A stretch of DNA of 63,098 bases from Folioceros fuciformis. Taxonomy: Eukaryota. The first letter of the stretch is position 1. Each line of letters begins with the position of its first letter. The position numbers were made by a program, and so were the translations under genes. Location of the stretch: the NCBI GenBank assembly GCA_049999805.1, contig JBNGIO010005370.1, positions 1 to 63,098 on the forward strand. Direction: 5' to 3'. Below the pieces are notes generated by a model, which made no database searches, was not told where the DNA came from, and saw only the letters and a program-made list of their open reading frames with translations. This document shows, one piece after another, positions 47,857-61,959 of the stretch.

Positions 47857-50117
47857 TCATGGTGCAAGAATCTTGCCTTTTGAGTCAATTGGAGACCAAT
47901 CCTTGGCCGTGATCTGAGATATAACCAGCTTCAGGTCTACTGCAAAGCTGTTTCCATGATGATGGACCGATTCCAATTCCTCCACAGTTGCAGCTAACTC
48001 AGCAACGCTGTTGTGGTATTCCGACCTTTGGAAGGGCGGCATTGCTGCGATCTCAACCGCCCCGCCGTACATCTTTGTGAGGAAGTTGTCTTGCGACTTG
48101 TGACATATTTGCTGGATCTTCGCTGAGAACTCGTCTTTCAAGTCATCCACGTCCGATGCATCCACGTCTTTGATGGCCATATAGAAGAGGCCCTTGAAGA
48201 GCCGACTATCCAGCTTTACCAAGCTCACGCCATTTTGAAACCGCTCAAAGATAGCTTCTGTTTCCTTATCGAGGTGAAAATCCTGTCCACATCATGCATG
48301 TAGACGAATCCTGTCATCATCATGCATCATCACGTCCGTGAGTTAAGGTACCACTCATGATCAATACCGGCCGAACACACACGGTCAAATTAGACGTCTT
48401 ACCTTTTTGCTGAATAAGCTGATGTTGCTCACGGCTGCATTCAGAATGGAGAGGAGCATGTCCTCCTGCTCGCTTCTCTCGAAGCTTCCCAGGCCCTCGA
48501 AGTCCAGAAGAGTGTACAGACAGATTTCGGATGGACACATTGTCATCCACACCCCGTCTGTGCATCTTCCTCCAGCGTCATCGAACAACGAACTAGCCAA
48601 ATGGTTAGCAGATAGGAATTGCCACAGCTCTGCTTGCCCATGGACGATATCATCTTGATATCCCGGGGCTAATGAGATAACGCGGAGTCGTAGAATCCAA
48701 ATTGTAGCCCCTCAGCAAGCCCCACTGCATAATTCAGGTTCGGATTTTGCAGACCGTCCTCCAAAGGCCGCAAGGTATTGTTTCCAGCGCCCGCTATTTG
48801 AATGGGCACAAGGCAAACCAGTTGCCGCACCCAATCCCCAAGGTTGGCACGGTTCCTGTCTTCGGTGCTCTGCATAAGAAAGTTATGGAGTACGTCGCTG
48901 TCGACTGTGCCTGCGGAAACAGCTAACCTTAGCTGCGAGAAATCTTTTCCTTTATCTCGTACCAGCTTGTCCATGGAAGCTTTCACGTAACTCGCAGAGC
49001 TGTCCTTCAAAGCCTCCACTTTTCCCTTGCATTTGCCAGCGAAAGCTAGATGAAGATGGAGATACCTGGTGTTTTGGATCAGAAGAGGACTCGTAGCATT
49101 TTTCTCAAACATCCGGTAAACATAGTCCGACGCCGGACGGCCATGGCCACTTTTTCCAGTGTTTGCGGGAGACATACCACTCTGCTGACCTCTGTACATG
49201 TGTTGCAACTGGCACACCTCGGAGGCCGAAGTGATCTCAATGACGTTTGACCATCTTCCTCTGTCCGGCCTGGAAGAATCCAGAAGCACGAGATGGACCT
49301 GTGATCCGAAGGCCACCACTTTCGCATCAACGCTGCTTACATCAGCTACTGCATAGTCAAGGAGGAGCGTCTTGAGATGACAAAGATTCGCCAAGCAAGT
49401 AGACCTCAACCTTTAGAGAACCTTCAGCACACTCCTCCACTTCAGGCTCTGCATCTTCCGTGTGGCCACTGTTTTCCATGATCACTTCTGCTGGCTCCGT
49501 AGGTTCGTCGGGAAGTACCTTGTAGAAAACCATCAGACAAGAACCATCTGTAGAGACACAAATCTTATGCGCAGGACCAGGTAACTGGATATACCCTGGT
49601 CTCAGCATCCCAGGTTGGCGGATCTCGAAGACCCGGACTTTGAACTCTTCATCGACTAAAACCATTTCTTTCCTGCCAGGGACAATGCACATTGAAGTCA
49701 AGGGTCTAATTCCGCAGTATTCGGACAGATGCAGGGTAACCCCAGACCACTCCAACTGGCGGAAGGATTCATCAAAGCGGAGAATTTCAATTTTGTTCAT
49801 TTTCCTGTCATACAAGCCAACAAATTTCGAAACTTCGTCCACAGCCACAAGGTCGTGACCCCTTTTGAATGTCTTTGCCGGATTCATGCCTTGTATCTCG
49901 ACACCCAACCTCAACAGCGCGTAGAGGTGAACTGCTGGACGTTCAAGATCCTCCACAAACACTGAAACTTCACCCCATTTCACAGCAACTACTAGAAACA
50001 GCCTCTCCGCGTTCGGGTCGACCTCAATCAACTTGTGCTTTTCAGAGCACTTTGGATGATGAGGTGCCCGGAGTCGCACATGCAAGCGTCCAAGTCCTTC
50101 TTCATCGGTGCAAGCTC
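47857..50117 (-). pseudogene. Frameshifted paralog of the giant GTPase gene (central part)
   Basis: Collinear with ~41430-43650 and has the same intron after FSKK. Degraded P-loop, frameshifts near 49380 and 48670. Confidence 0.9.
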
Positions 50118-51516
50118 ACTATATATGGGAATAAGATGATGGCTAGGAAAACAAAAGGAGAAGAAGTGATAAAAAAGGATTCATCAGAAAAGTGATAAAA
50201 AAGGAATCATCAAAGTGTGAGTTCAAGTGTGCTTATAAAGATGTCACGGTGAAGGCGTGCGTCCCTTCCCCTATCTACTCCTTAATAACTAAGATGATAA
50301 TTATGTATATTCTAATACTCCCCCTCATACTAGATATGTGGGATAGATACAGCATCCGGTCTTGGGGAAGGGTCTTGGGAAAGGACAAAGTCCTAGTAGG
50401 GAAACACAAGCTAAATGCTTATCACCTGGTAGGCTCTTAGTAAGAATGTCGGCAGCCATCTCCTTCATTGGACAATACTCCAGTCTTATCTCCCCTACTG
50501 CAGACTTCTTGCGCATGTAGTGGTATTGGAGATCCATGTGCTTGGGCCTGGAGTTGAACTTGGGGTTGCTTGTAAGAGCCAGAGCATATTGGTTCTCGAT
50601 CTTGATGACGTTCGGCTTTTGCCACTTAATCCCTAATTCATCAAGAAGCCGAACATTGTCTGCAACACGCTTGGTGGCGAGAGTAGCAGCCATGTACTCC
50701 GACTCAGTTGAGGAGAGGGCAACAGCTTCTACCTCTTGGATCCCAATCAATAGCCATGCCACAGAGCATTAAAGCAAAGCCTAATGTTGATTTCTTTGAG
50801 TCTATGTCTCCCCCACTCAACATCAATGTAAGCGAAGAGCTGAGGAGGGGAATAATAACCCTGGAACAGAAGTCCATGGTATGCTTAAGAGCCAACCAAT
50901 GTGCGGGACTTGGGTTGGCCATCTGTTGTGCAAGCACGCGGATAGAGTTGCCAAGGTCTGGTCGCAAGGTAGTACATATCCAATTGATCTGTCCAGTGGC
51001 TTCTTGGTAAGGCATAGTCACCATGTACTTGCACTCTTCGTCGGTTGTGCAAGCCTAGTTAGAAGACAAAGAAGAGCCCATGGCGAGCGGAGTGGATGCA
51101 AGCTTGCAGTCTTGCATACTAAAACGAACTAGGGTATTCTTAATATACTGGGTTTGGGTAAGATGTAACCATGTATGTGCATAATCATGGCCTTCATCTC
51201 AATAGAATAATGAATATCCCCTAAATCGGCCATCTTAAACTTGGACTTGAGGACAAAGATGGTCTTGGCAAGGAAACCTGCCTTGTGGTTGCTAGCAAGA
51301 ATGCAATCATCCACGTATAAGGCAAGAGTAACAAGTGCTGGCCTGGACCGAAGGATATAAACGTTACTATCGGAGGGACACTTGGTGAAGCCGAGCTGAA
51401 GGAGGGTCTCATCCATAAGAGAATTGCAGTTCTTGGCTGATTGCTTAAGTCTGTAGATGTTGCCTAAGAGCATGCAGACCTAATGCTCATGGCCTTTTTC
51501 TTCGTAGCCTTCAGAC

Positions 51517-54500
51517 TGTGTAGAGGAAAAAAACTTTCGACACTCCCATTTTGAGTGACAGAATGAGCAGGCTGCGATTTTTTTGTGTGAAGGAACGAGC
51601 AAATCGGCTTAGTATGTGAATAAGATGGGGGTATTCATACCAAAAAATGGCCTTGGTCTTTGGGTGTTTGGGATACCGAAGACCACGATTTGGAAGTGAG
51701 TGAGTGAGTGAGGGTGTCCTTGGGCCTTGGTGGTTCGGGGGCATTTAGGAGGTTGTATATACCCCCCCCTTTTTTGCAAATAAGGAATAGAAATGAGTAG
51801 GGAAGGGGGCTAGCTAGTTGTGGATTTAGGAAAAAGAATGGGTTGAGGTGACTAGGCGATGGTGGCCAGTGGGGCAACCGTCGCAAAAAGGACGACTGGT
51901 GGTAGTCTAACTGGCAGTAGTGAGAGAAGAAAATGGCCAGTATAAAAACCCTAAAGGGAAGTCTAGAGGGGAATTAAGTTAGTCTTCGAAACGTGAAGGG
52001 CAGTCACCCGGGAGCGTAAAAGCAACTGGAAGGGAAGCAGACGCTGAGGCAACAGGACGGGCCGAGGCAAGTAGTGAGTGCTCAGCGAGAGCGAGGAGGG
52101 ACCGCAGAAGCCGGAGCACGAGGAGGAGATTAGCAGGACGAGGTCACGTCCTGAACTGCTACCTGGAATACCCGAGCAGGAGGGGGAACCTCCTGTTCCC
52201 TGGATCGACCTACTCTTGTGGCCCAACATGGAGCACTGGAGGGTTAGAGCAAGAGGGCTGGTGGATGAATTGGGTCTGGGTTTCATGACCCAGAAGTGGA
52301 ACCACGCAGCGCCACAGTTGGTCAGGGAGTGCACCCTGAGGTTGAGGGAACCTGTCCATGAGAAGGGGATCAGAGGCAGACCGCAAGGGTGGAACCTGGA
52401 GCTAGTGAGGAGGGTGTATGGCCGTGACCAGCGAGAAGAGGGAGGATTGGTGCTGGAGTCCCTCAGGAAATGGGGGGGGGTACTGGAGACGCTGAAGTAT
52501 TGCTCAAACCAGGCACGAAGGAGGAGGCTAACGGATGGTTGGTTCACGACATGGCGAGCCCGCAGCTGATGGGTTTGGCCAGGTGGTTTCTTAGTTTTCT
52601 CCAGGTTCGCAAACAGGATTATTTGTCTGACCATATGCCCTTGTTTGTGCATGAGGTAGTGAAGAGGACTAGGATTGATTGAGGAAAAATTTTGTATGCT
52701 AGGATGGACGAGGAGAGGCAGAATTTGACCCTGCCCTCTCCTCAGCCTTTGATGATTTCCCCGTTTCTAGTGCATATTTATAGTTATGCTAACCTGGTGT
52801 CGGAACTGGAGGTGTTGGCTTCACTGCATAAGTGGAGGCCAATCAGGGATGTAAAATGGAAGCCTGCTGAGCCAGTGAAGGCTGACTCCAACAGTTGGGT
52901 GTTGGGGAGTGGGGACAGCTCGAAGGGGGAGGTTCTCGTCAGGCCTAAGAAGAGGACAGCAGCTCAGGGAAAGACCCTTGCCAAGAGGAGATGGGTTAGC
53001 GGGCAGTGCACAAGAGGAGGGAGTAGGCCGGAGACACCGGAGATAGCCCTGGAGCGAACCGAAGGTCAGACAGAGGAGCAGGCTGTACAAGAACAAGAGG
53101 TAGAACATGGCTCGCTAATCAGGGGGTTATGGATCAAGGACTGGAAGAGCAGGGGCAGGATGAAGCAGGGCTGGGGGGGTCTCAGGAGCAGACGTTAGCC
53201 GCCGAGTTAATTCCTCCCAGGCATGAGAGCGAATTAGGGCACGTTTTGGCGCAAGGAATTTTTTTCAAGTTGGGAGGAAATCTTCAGGAGGAGACGTTCA
53301 GGAGATAGGCTGTAGGTGGGAGACCTGGAGAAGCTGAGGGAGTTTCTGGGCAAGCAGATTACGGCGAGGGGAATGACTGCTGGAAAAACGTAGGAGGTGG
53401 ATCTGCCAGGGCTGACTACCGCAATGGTACATGCCCAAGCAGATCTCCTGGACCAGGCTGCTAGGGAAATGACTTGGCTGAGTGTGCAGGCAGAATGGGA
53501 AGCCGAGGCCCGAGGGAAGGAAGCAGAGGCATGCCAGAAGGAGGCTGAAGCCCGGAGGCTATTGGCAGAATTGAAGGCGGCGCGGCAACAGCTGGAGGAG
53601 AGACAGCGAGTCCTGGATAAAGAGAGGGCACAGGCTGAGGAAGAGGTACGCCAGGCGAAGGCCGAGGTCCAAGCGGTGAGGGAGCAACAGGGGATCCTAC
53701 TAGCTCAGGTGAGGGAGGCCTATGAGACTAACCTGGAGATAAAGCAGGAGATGGCCAAGGCGCAAGAGCTAGAAATAACAGCCGTGGAATAGGCCCAGAA
53801 GCTGGCTGATAGGTACAAGCGGAAGCGAGACGAAGTCAGAGAGAGTGAAGGGGAAGGGTAAGGTTGGGCGCCCAAGTCAAACGGCGACCTCGGTAGCTGA
53901 AGAGGCTACCGGTAGTCGAGCAGGGGAACCAGTAATCGAGCGAACTACCGGTAGCCGAGTAGTCGCCAAGGCTACCGGTAGCCCAGTTGAGCCCAGAGTA
54001 GCCGAGGGACCAGCCCTGGGAACCAAGGAAGAAACAGCGAAGGCGCCTGAGCTTAGGCCCTCCAGGAGATTAATCCACACCAGAAGGATAGAGCTGGAGG
54101 AAGCAACAGCTGGACGGGTGACGGACCTTCAGGTACTCCAGAAAGATGGGGAACAGACAGCCCACGGTAGCCCAAGGGAGGAAGGGGTAAGCACCTCCTT
54201 TATGACAGAAGGTCGGGTTGTGCTGCAGTATGAGGAGGAGGCTTCCTATGTGCCAGGTCTTTATGTGGAAGGGGCCAGAGTTCTTAAACTGTTTCTGTAT
54301 GTACGTATGGGCACAGGAGGGACGCGGGGCTACGGCCTGCATCTGAGGACCCGCAAGGGACTCTACCGCTACAGCTAGTGGATGACAGGCTTGCCCCATT
54401 GCTACGCGAAGGCAGTTCTGGAGGAGTTGACGGAAGAAGAGGCCCAACGATGGGTAGAACGGGAGCCTATTGCCATCCTCAATAACCAGAGGAGGAGGGG

Positions 54501-56414
54501 AAACAGTGGTTCTCAGCGGCGGGGCCCACCTATGCCACTGCCGGAAAGGTCCAACAGTAGTAGTGATGTAGAGATCCTGTGGGAAGATCTACCCGATCAG
54601 CGGAGGGGTAGGAGAGCACGAGGGGAACCAGTAAGAGGAGACGCGCGCAGACTGGGGGGAAGGCACCAGCAGCGTGGAGAGTGGCGATAGTAATTGTAGG
54701 CTAGGATAGCGTTTTTTTTGGAATGCTTTTACTTGGATTGGAGCCGCTTGGAATTTAAGAGAGCCGACTGACCCCTGACAAACTTTATAGCGGAAAGACC
54801 GCCACCACCGTGTATAAGAGGCCAGTTTGAGGCCTGGGAAATTAGCAAAAATCAGCCCAACCACCCAACCCTGCAGGAGTCTAGCGATGGCCGTTGCCGG
54901 ACAGGAGGTCCAAGCAAGCGTGCGCACGTAGCAACCTAGGGGTGTGGGTGCCGGTGGTGGATGCTCAGCGATCGAGCCAAGAGACGAATGGGGAGGTGGA
55001 ACCTCGCCGAGTGGGAGACGAGCTCCCCAGCTATCCTAGGGGCGATCACGTGGAGTGGTGAGGACGTCGGGGCCGAATCCGCGAGTTCGGAGTGAAAGTG
55101 GGTATCCCTTCCCTTAGCCCCGGTGTTTCAGCATTCCTTAATTCCATAAGAGAAGGCCCGGAGAGGTAGGACTGAGTATGGAGTCGAGAAAATGTGAACA
55201 AGCGATGAAGCAGGATCAAGAGAGGCAGTGAGTGTGAGTGCGAGACGTTGAACGGTCGTCAAGACAGGACCACGTGACTGGAGTGTGTATGTGAGAGGTG
55301 AAGAGTGGCGGCAGAAACACGAGATGGCTGCATGGTGGAAGCTGCCGAGATCCCTGTGGGGTGAAAGAGACTGGAGACTATAATAAAAAAAAAGGAAATG
55401 TTGGGGGGNNNNNNNNNNNNNNNNNNNNNNNNNNNNNNNNNNNNNNNNNNNNNNNNNNNNNNNNNNNNNNNNNNNNNNNNNNNNNNNNNNNNNNNNNNNN
55501 NNNNNNNNGGAAATGTTGGGGGCGTCGTGGGGAGGCGCTGCGAACCAAGGGCGTGTGCCGGAAGTGTGAGAGAAAGAGGAACCATGAAAGAGGAGTAGCC
55601 GAGTTGGAAAGATCGAACGCCGACAAGACCCTGGCGCGTGTGTAGCTGAAAGGCAATCAAGAGCAAAATGACCTGAGGTCGGGCTTGGGAGTTACGTGAA
55701 TAGATTGGGAACTGTACTGCTAGAAGGCCCTCGCGACTGTTTGAGGACCGATGTGTGTGTGACGGACACTGGTGCGTTTCAGTCGAGGCGCTGGAGGGTT
55801 GACGAGTAAGGGCGGAAATATGTGAGTACGTAGGTGAGCGCGACTGGAGGTAAGTTGCTAGCGGTTTGAAAGGCAAGGACTGGTAAAGTAAGTATTAGAG
55901 GGTAACCCCGAGGTAGAGGAGAGAGAAGGAGCGAATTAGAGAGAGAAAGAGAAGGAGAGAGAAAGTGGGACCCACCACGGAGGTAGCCGAAGCTACTGGT
56001 AGTTGAGCCCCTACCTCGGTAGTTGAAGGTTCGGTAGTTGTAGAGACCCCCACCCTAGTAGCCGAGTAGGTCTGTCAGGTAGTCCAGGGACGGAGGTAGG
56101 GGTAGTTGAACCTGTAGGTAGTGGAGCTAGGGTAGTTGAAGTCCAACCTAGGTAGTAACTGACTTTAGAAGAAACCTATGTTATTTGACACAAATCATTC
56201 CCTTGGGATCGAATCCCAATGCTATAACGACAAAGAGGGTTTGTGTGGACCTGGCAGCACCCCCGGGTGCAATATTTTCCCCCACAGGTTGACACATGTA
56301 AATCTCCTCCTCGAGACATCCATATAGGAAAGTAATCTTGACATCCAGTTGCACGACTTCCCAGTCGTAAGGATAGTATGGAGTGAGCTAATCTGGACAA
56401 CAAGAATGGATTAT
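51517..56414. mobile_element. Unclassified ~4.9-kb insert interrupting the Copia RT, with decayed plus-strand ORFs
   Basis: Copia RT stops at ~56415 and resumes at ~51516. ORF remnants 52078-54690 include an E/A/Q-rich coiled coil (53397-53792). Confidence 0.5.
55409..55508. other. Assembly gap of 100 N
   Basis: Run of N; GGAAATGTTGGGGG is present on both flanks. Confidence 0.99.
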
Positions 56415-58939
56415 CTGCGTCGTAGTCGGCAGCAGGTCACTGGGTGTAGCCTTGAGCAACAAGTTGGGCCTTGTAGCGGTCAATGCTGTCATCGGCTATG
56501 TACTTGATCTTAAAAGTCCACTTGCTGCCTATTGCAAATCGCTCTGGGGGGCAGCTCACATAGCCGCTACGTGTTGTTGGCCTTGAGAGAATTGAATTCA
56601 TCATCTACAACCTTATTCCATTCCGCAGATTGCGGCCCGGACACGGTTGCCTTGATGGATGTGGGCTCAACTATGTCTGTGGTGGGCATGAGAGCCTGGG
56701 CGTAGGCGAGAGCAACGAAACTAACATCGTGCTCAAGATTCTCTAAGGCCTTCCGGCTAAGAGTGCGCACCCTAGTCGAACGACGTGGGGGTGGGAACTC
56801 GTTAGCGGGTGGAGGTAAATTAGGGGGGTGAGTTACCTATTCCTCAGGTAAGGAGAAAAGACCTCTGAGGTCCAGATCCAAGTCATTGTCAATGGATGGA
56901 GCTGGAACTGGGGCAGGAGATATCCGAGGGGTTAGAGGGAGAATGCCCCAGAGGGGTGGAGTAGGTGGGGCTAGTAGACCGGCAACTGGGCCAAGAGGCA
57001 GAGCTGCGGGTGTGGCAGCCTACTCCCATTCATCCTCCCCCATGGTGTCGAATGCTGAGGAGGGTACATCTGCAAAAACCACGTCAAAGGGAGAAGAGTC
57101 CCCCCCCCCCCACTTCGCACGGGAGGTGAAGGGGTTGCTCGTTGAAAATAACATCATGAGCAAAAACCAGATGGCAGATATCCATCAGATATACACGATA
57201 GGCCTTGACTATCTCACCATAACCCAAGAGAATACCTTCTTGGGACCTGGATTCGAGCTTCTTATGCAAAGCCTTGGGAATGTGGACGTAAGCAGGGCAA
57301 CCGAAGATCCGAAGATGGTTTATGTCGGGCTTCCTGCAAGTCCACGCTTCATAAGGAGTCTTCCCGGTTACCTCCTTGGTGGGTAGCTGATTAAGAAGGT
57401 AGTTAGCTGTATTCAAAGCTTCAGCCCAAAATCGGTTAGGGAGAGAAGCATCTTTGAGCATAGAACGACCCATCTCCACTTAGGTGCGATGTCGATGCTC
57501 AGTGACCTCATTTTACTCAGGAGTGTGAGAAACAGTAGTCTGCCTAATTATACCATGTTGCCGATAGTGAGCGTTGAAGGCAATGGAGTCAAACTCCCCC
57601 CCGTCACTCCTGAGAATCTTAAGCTTGTGGCTAAGTTGGGTCTCTACCTCAGATTGCCATGTAAGGAAGGTAGAGAAAGTATCTGACTTAGCGGCTAAGA
57701 AGTAGACCCAACCATAACGTGTGTGGTCATAGATGATGCTAACCTTGTAAAGGGAGCCCTGGAGAGAAGGGGTCTGCATAGGGCCAAGGAGGTATGAATA
57801 GAACAAGGCAAGGATAAACCCGAAATTAGAAAATCGGGTTTACGGGTTGGGGAAACACCTCCCCCCCCCACGATGCGCGCCCATTGGGGGACGGGCGCAC
57901 ACCTGGCTACAAGAGCAGCGGTTCGGCGCTTCTCACACGCCTAGGCGTGTGCTGCTATTTTTTAAAATAGTAGGATAGGAAGATATGTTTATGTCCTCCC
58001 CTACCTCATAGTTAGATCAAGTAAAAGTTAGAAAAATAGATTGTTGGCGACCACCCATTTGAGTCCTTATGGGACCCTAGGGTGCTTAACCAAGGAGTTC
58101 CCATCCTTTGACACCTACACCCCTTGCTTGAGGACCTTACAAATCTTATACAGCTTTAGATATGTAGAGTTGTTAGCCTCCCTTCAAAGATGCAAATCCA
58201 CCATGGGAGAGGCATTTTGCCCCTCCCTCCTTCCTCCTATGGCCAAAACACATCATGACGGGCGCGCTCATCGGAGGACACGCCACAGGTGTACAAATTC
58301 TTACCATCTTCGTTCCATTGCCCGCGATTTTTGAGCTGACGTATTGCGTCTGCTCCTTGGATCTCTGGCACTTCCCACCAACCAGGAGCTCTCTGAGGAT
58401 TACTCTGTGCCCAAGGATTCTAGATACTCACCACTACTTTCGGATGACCCTCTACCAAGTGACTACCTCAGCAATTGCACAAGTTACCAAGGAATTTCCA
58501 CATTCGGCCTGAATTGTGGCAGAATCTCACTGAGGGAAACACCTACGTTCCAACCCTCACATTTGCGTCTAATTCCCTCAAGAATTCTTGGAGCAAATGC
58601 TTTGGAATGGGGCGCCCATGGGTCCGGCTACTTTTTCTCCTCTGCACAGGTGATTGAGGCCCTAGTGGAGCGCGCGGCTCCATCTTCCCCCCCACCCCTT
58701 GCAACGCGTTGTTCATGACCTGCCCCAGCGAAGATCGTCTAACCTATCTAGATCAAAACGAAGGCTCGGATATGTGCATGGGCATAATCTAAGGCGTCTT
58801 ACGTTGTATATACTGTCGTAGCTGCCGTTCTCGGTTCATGGGAACAAGGTGAGCCACCATAGGTTATCAATGGTTTCAATCGATGGGCGAACGAGAAGTT
58901 CGTCTTTTGTCAAACGTTATTGATTGTAGTAGAAAAATC

Positions 58940-59292
58940 AAGTCCTAGCCATGCAGATCGAAGAGCTGAAGCTATACCATATTGGAATAGGATGATGGCT
59001 AGGAAAAATCTGGTCCGAGCCATCCAATCGAAGAGCCAAAACTCTGATACCTTATTGGAATAGGATGATGGCTAGGAAAAATCTTGTCCGAGCCATCCAG
59101 ATCGAAGAGCCAAAACTCTGATACCTTATTGGAATTGGATGATGGCTAGGAAAAATCTGGTCCGAGCCATCCAGATCGAAGAGCCAAAACTCTGATACCT
59201 TATCGGAATAGGATGATGGCTCTGGTCCTAGCCATGCAAATCAAAAGAGCCGAAACTCTGGTACCATATTGGAATAAGACGATGGCTAGGAA
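58940..59292. repeat. Tandem ~74-bp repeats (~4-5 units) of the LTR end/PBS junction
   Basis: Unit GATCGAAGAGCCAAAACTCTGATACCTTATTGGAATAGGATGATGGCTAGGAAAAATCTGGTCCGAGCCATCCA. Confidence 0.92.
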
Positions 59293-59422
59293 AACAAAAA
59301 GGAGAAGGGAGAAGAAGTGATAAAAGGAATCATCAAAGTGTGAGCTCAAGTGTGGGGTGTGTCCTTTGGCCTATCTACTCCCTAATAACTAGGATGATAA
59401 TTATGTATATTTTAATACTATA

Positions 59423-61957
59423 TACTAAGCTATCCGCTCACTAGCTATCTCCTCTGACATATAATGAAGCTCCAACTTGTCACGGCTTCTATCTTCTGAG
59501 CTGCCTAACAAGCTCAAAGTTTCAGCCAAGAAGGTGAAAGAAACAGCTCAGACACAACACAACCTGGGCAACGCACAGGATTAACACAGTTAGCAGACAC
59601 AAGTAGAGGCTATGGATGACATACGCAATAGCACCATTGGTTTAGATGGACTCAACAGTACAAAGCAATATGGTGCATAGGGTGCTACGTATATAGCCTT
59701 TACTGGACAACTATCGAGAAGGTAAGCCCTAGACGCAAGAGTGCAATATCCTAATATACTAGAGTAAGTAGCAGATGATTGAATTTTAACACTCCCCCTT
59801 CAAGCTAAAGCTACTTACCGACGCCAAGATCCGAATGAAAACGTGCAAACTTTGTGCCACTGAGCGCCTTGGTAATTGACATATTTTGTAACTGTACCGC
59901 CGCTGCCGCTGCATCTACCCAAAAACATTTTGGCATCTTGCTTTCCGCTAGCATACTCCTAGCACCATTGCAGATGGTACGATTCTTCCGCTCGACAATC
60001 CCTGCCTGTTGTGGCGTGTACCTTGTTGTCAACTGCCTCTCAATTCCAGCCGCTATGCATGCATCCTTGAAGAGTTTGCTCTAATACTCTCCTCCCCCAT
60101 CGGTTCGAAGTTTCTTCAACTTCTTTCTAGTTTGTTTCTCCGCAGTCACCCTGAACATCTGAAATGCTTGGAGAGCGTCACTCTTCTTCTACAGGAAGTA
60201 CACCGCTGTTCTCCTACTGTAGTCGTCGATAAACAAAATATAGTATCTCATCTGTATCATACTTGCTTTCACTTGCATTGGTCCGCAAAGATCAGAGTGG
60301 ACAAGTTCCAAGACTTATTTTGCTCTCTTCGTGATTGAAACATACGATCTTCGGGGATGCTTGCCTTTCATGCAAGCATCACACAAACCAAGTTTTGCCT
60401 TCTGGAGCTCCATTCCTATCACAAGCTTCTTCTGCTTCATCTCCAGGAGAAACTTCAAGTTGGTATGCCCAAACTGTCTATGCCACAGTGAGGCATTTCC
60501 ACCTTTCTTCGACACTGTCAAAACCTTTTGGTCGTTAGGAACCTCCATCTGGTACAAGTTCCCTTTTGCCACCACATCGCTGTGCATTTGTTCATTCTTC
60601 AGAAACAAAACTTCCTTCTTCGTAAAAAGGACCTGCAGACCTCCATCTGTCAATGATGCCGCGGACATGAGATTTCTACGTAGGTGCGGTACAAACAACG
60701 CTCCCTCCATTGCCTTGACCTCGTCGTCGAGCAATCTGAGCCTGTACTCCCCCACACCCTCGATGCCTATCTCGCTATCGCTCCCTAGGTGCACCACTGT
60801 CTTCTCCCTCCTATAGTCTTGAAGGAGCTCCTTATCCTTCACTATAAAGGATGTACATGCAGAATCTATTGTCAGCTATCGTTTCGCTTGTGTACTATAG
60901 CACGCGTGCGATACTTCTTCTGTGAGCATTGCCTCCGCATTACTCTCACCCTCCATGAGATGTGCAGTCTTCCGATCCTTGCAATCCTTCTCATAATGAC
61001 CATACTTGAAGCATTTTCGGTATTGTCCCCTCTTCACTATTCTCTTGTCCTTCTGTCCCCGCAAGGACTCCCCCTGCTTGTCCTTATTCCGGTTGTTCCG
61101 TCCCTTCCCCTTATAGACATCGCATGCTCCGAACCAATTGAAGATCCCACCGTTGCGTCCGATTGGCGAGTCTCCTTTGCCAACATCTTAGAGGTTGCCT
61201 CCTCCCATGTGAGTGTGTCTTGGGCTACTAGGAAATCTATGAACGCTGACCAAGCTTTGGGCATAGAACGATATAGAAACATCTTCTGTATGTCCTCTTG
61301 GATAGTAAAGCCCTCATTAGCTGATGCTAGCGCTGTAAACAGTTCATGAAAGGTGTCGATGTGCTTTCGCAAATCGTCTCCGTCTCAATACTTCAATGTT
61401 GTCACACAACAAAACAAGTGAAATACTTTTTACCTGCTCCTTTCTGGCCATATTTCTCATTGAGAAGATTCCAAATGTACTCCGTGCCCTTGTCTGGTTC
61501 TCCGACCTTCAGCAAGACTGCCATAGAGAGATTCATATATAGGAGAGCTGTACCCGTGTGGTCTCTCTGCATCCATTCTCTCTACCCTCTCCCCTCATCT
61601 TTTGGTTTTGGCTCTTTGCCCTTGTAAATGCCATACGAGTCCTCTGCCATCAGCAGAACCTTCATCGACCATTTCCATACATGGAACTCCGTTCCATCAA
61701 ACACCTGCGTCCTCAAGTCCGCAGTGGTTACTGAGCCCATCCCCATCACAACTCCGTCCTCTCTTATCAAGTCTCGTGATTAGTGTTCCTGCAAAGAAAT
61801 AACTCAGACATAGCACAGCCTAGGCAACACACAGATCAACACGGTTACCAGACACAAGCGGAGGCTATGGATGGCACACGCAATAGCACCACTAGCTTAG
61901 ATGGACTCAACAACAGTACAAAGCAATATGATACGCAGGGTGCTACATATATAGTCT
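59423..61957 (-). mobile_element. Second, internally deleted Ty1/Copia element (gag, protease, integrase; no RT or RNase H)
   Basis: Related LTR-like segments ~59538-59700 and ~61791-61957; PPT near 59791. gag FDGTEFHVWK, knuckle CFKYGHYEKDC, GAG-pre LWHRQFGH...CDACMKGK, integrase YTPQQAGIVERKNRT. Confidence 0.85.
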
Positions 61958-61959
61958 AT

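Larger units (their letters stand above)
50124..59417 (-). mobile_element. Degenerate Ty1/Copia LTR retrotransposon with TA...TA termini
   Basis: LTRs ~50124-50317 and ~59268-59417. CTATA TSD at 50119-50123 and 59418-59422; PPT at 50318-50325; tRNA-Met-type PBS. Integrase 57084-57806, RT 56415-56600 and 51130-51515, RNase H (ALSSTESEY, ADILTKSL) 50325-50760. Confidence 0.9.

Noticed and set aside
58940-59292. CRISPR-like repeat array
   Set aside because: Units are contiguous near-identical copies without unique spacers, match the LTR/PBS, and there are no cas genes in this eukaryotic context.
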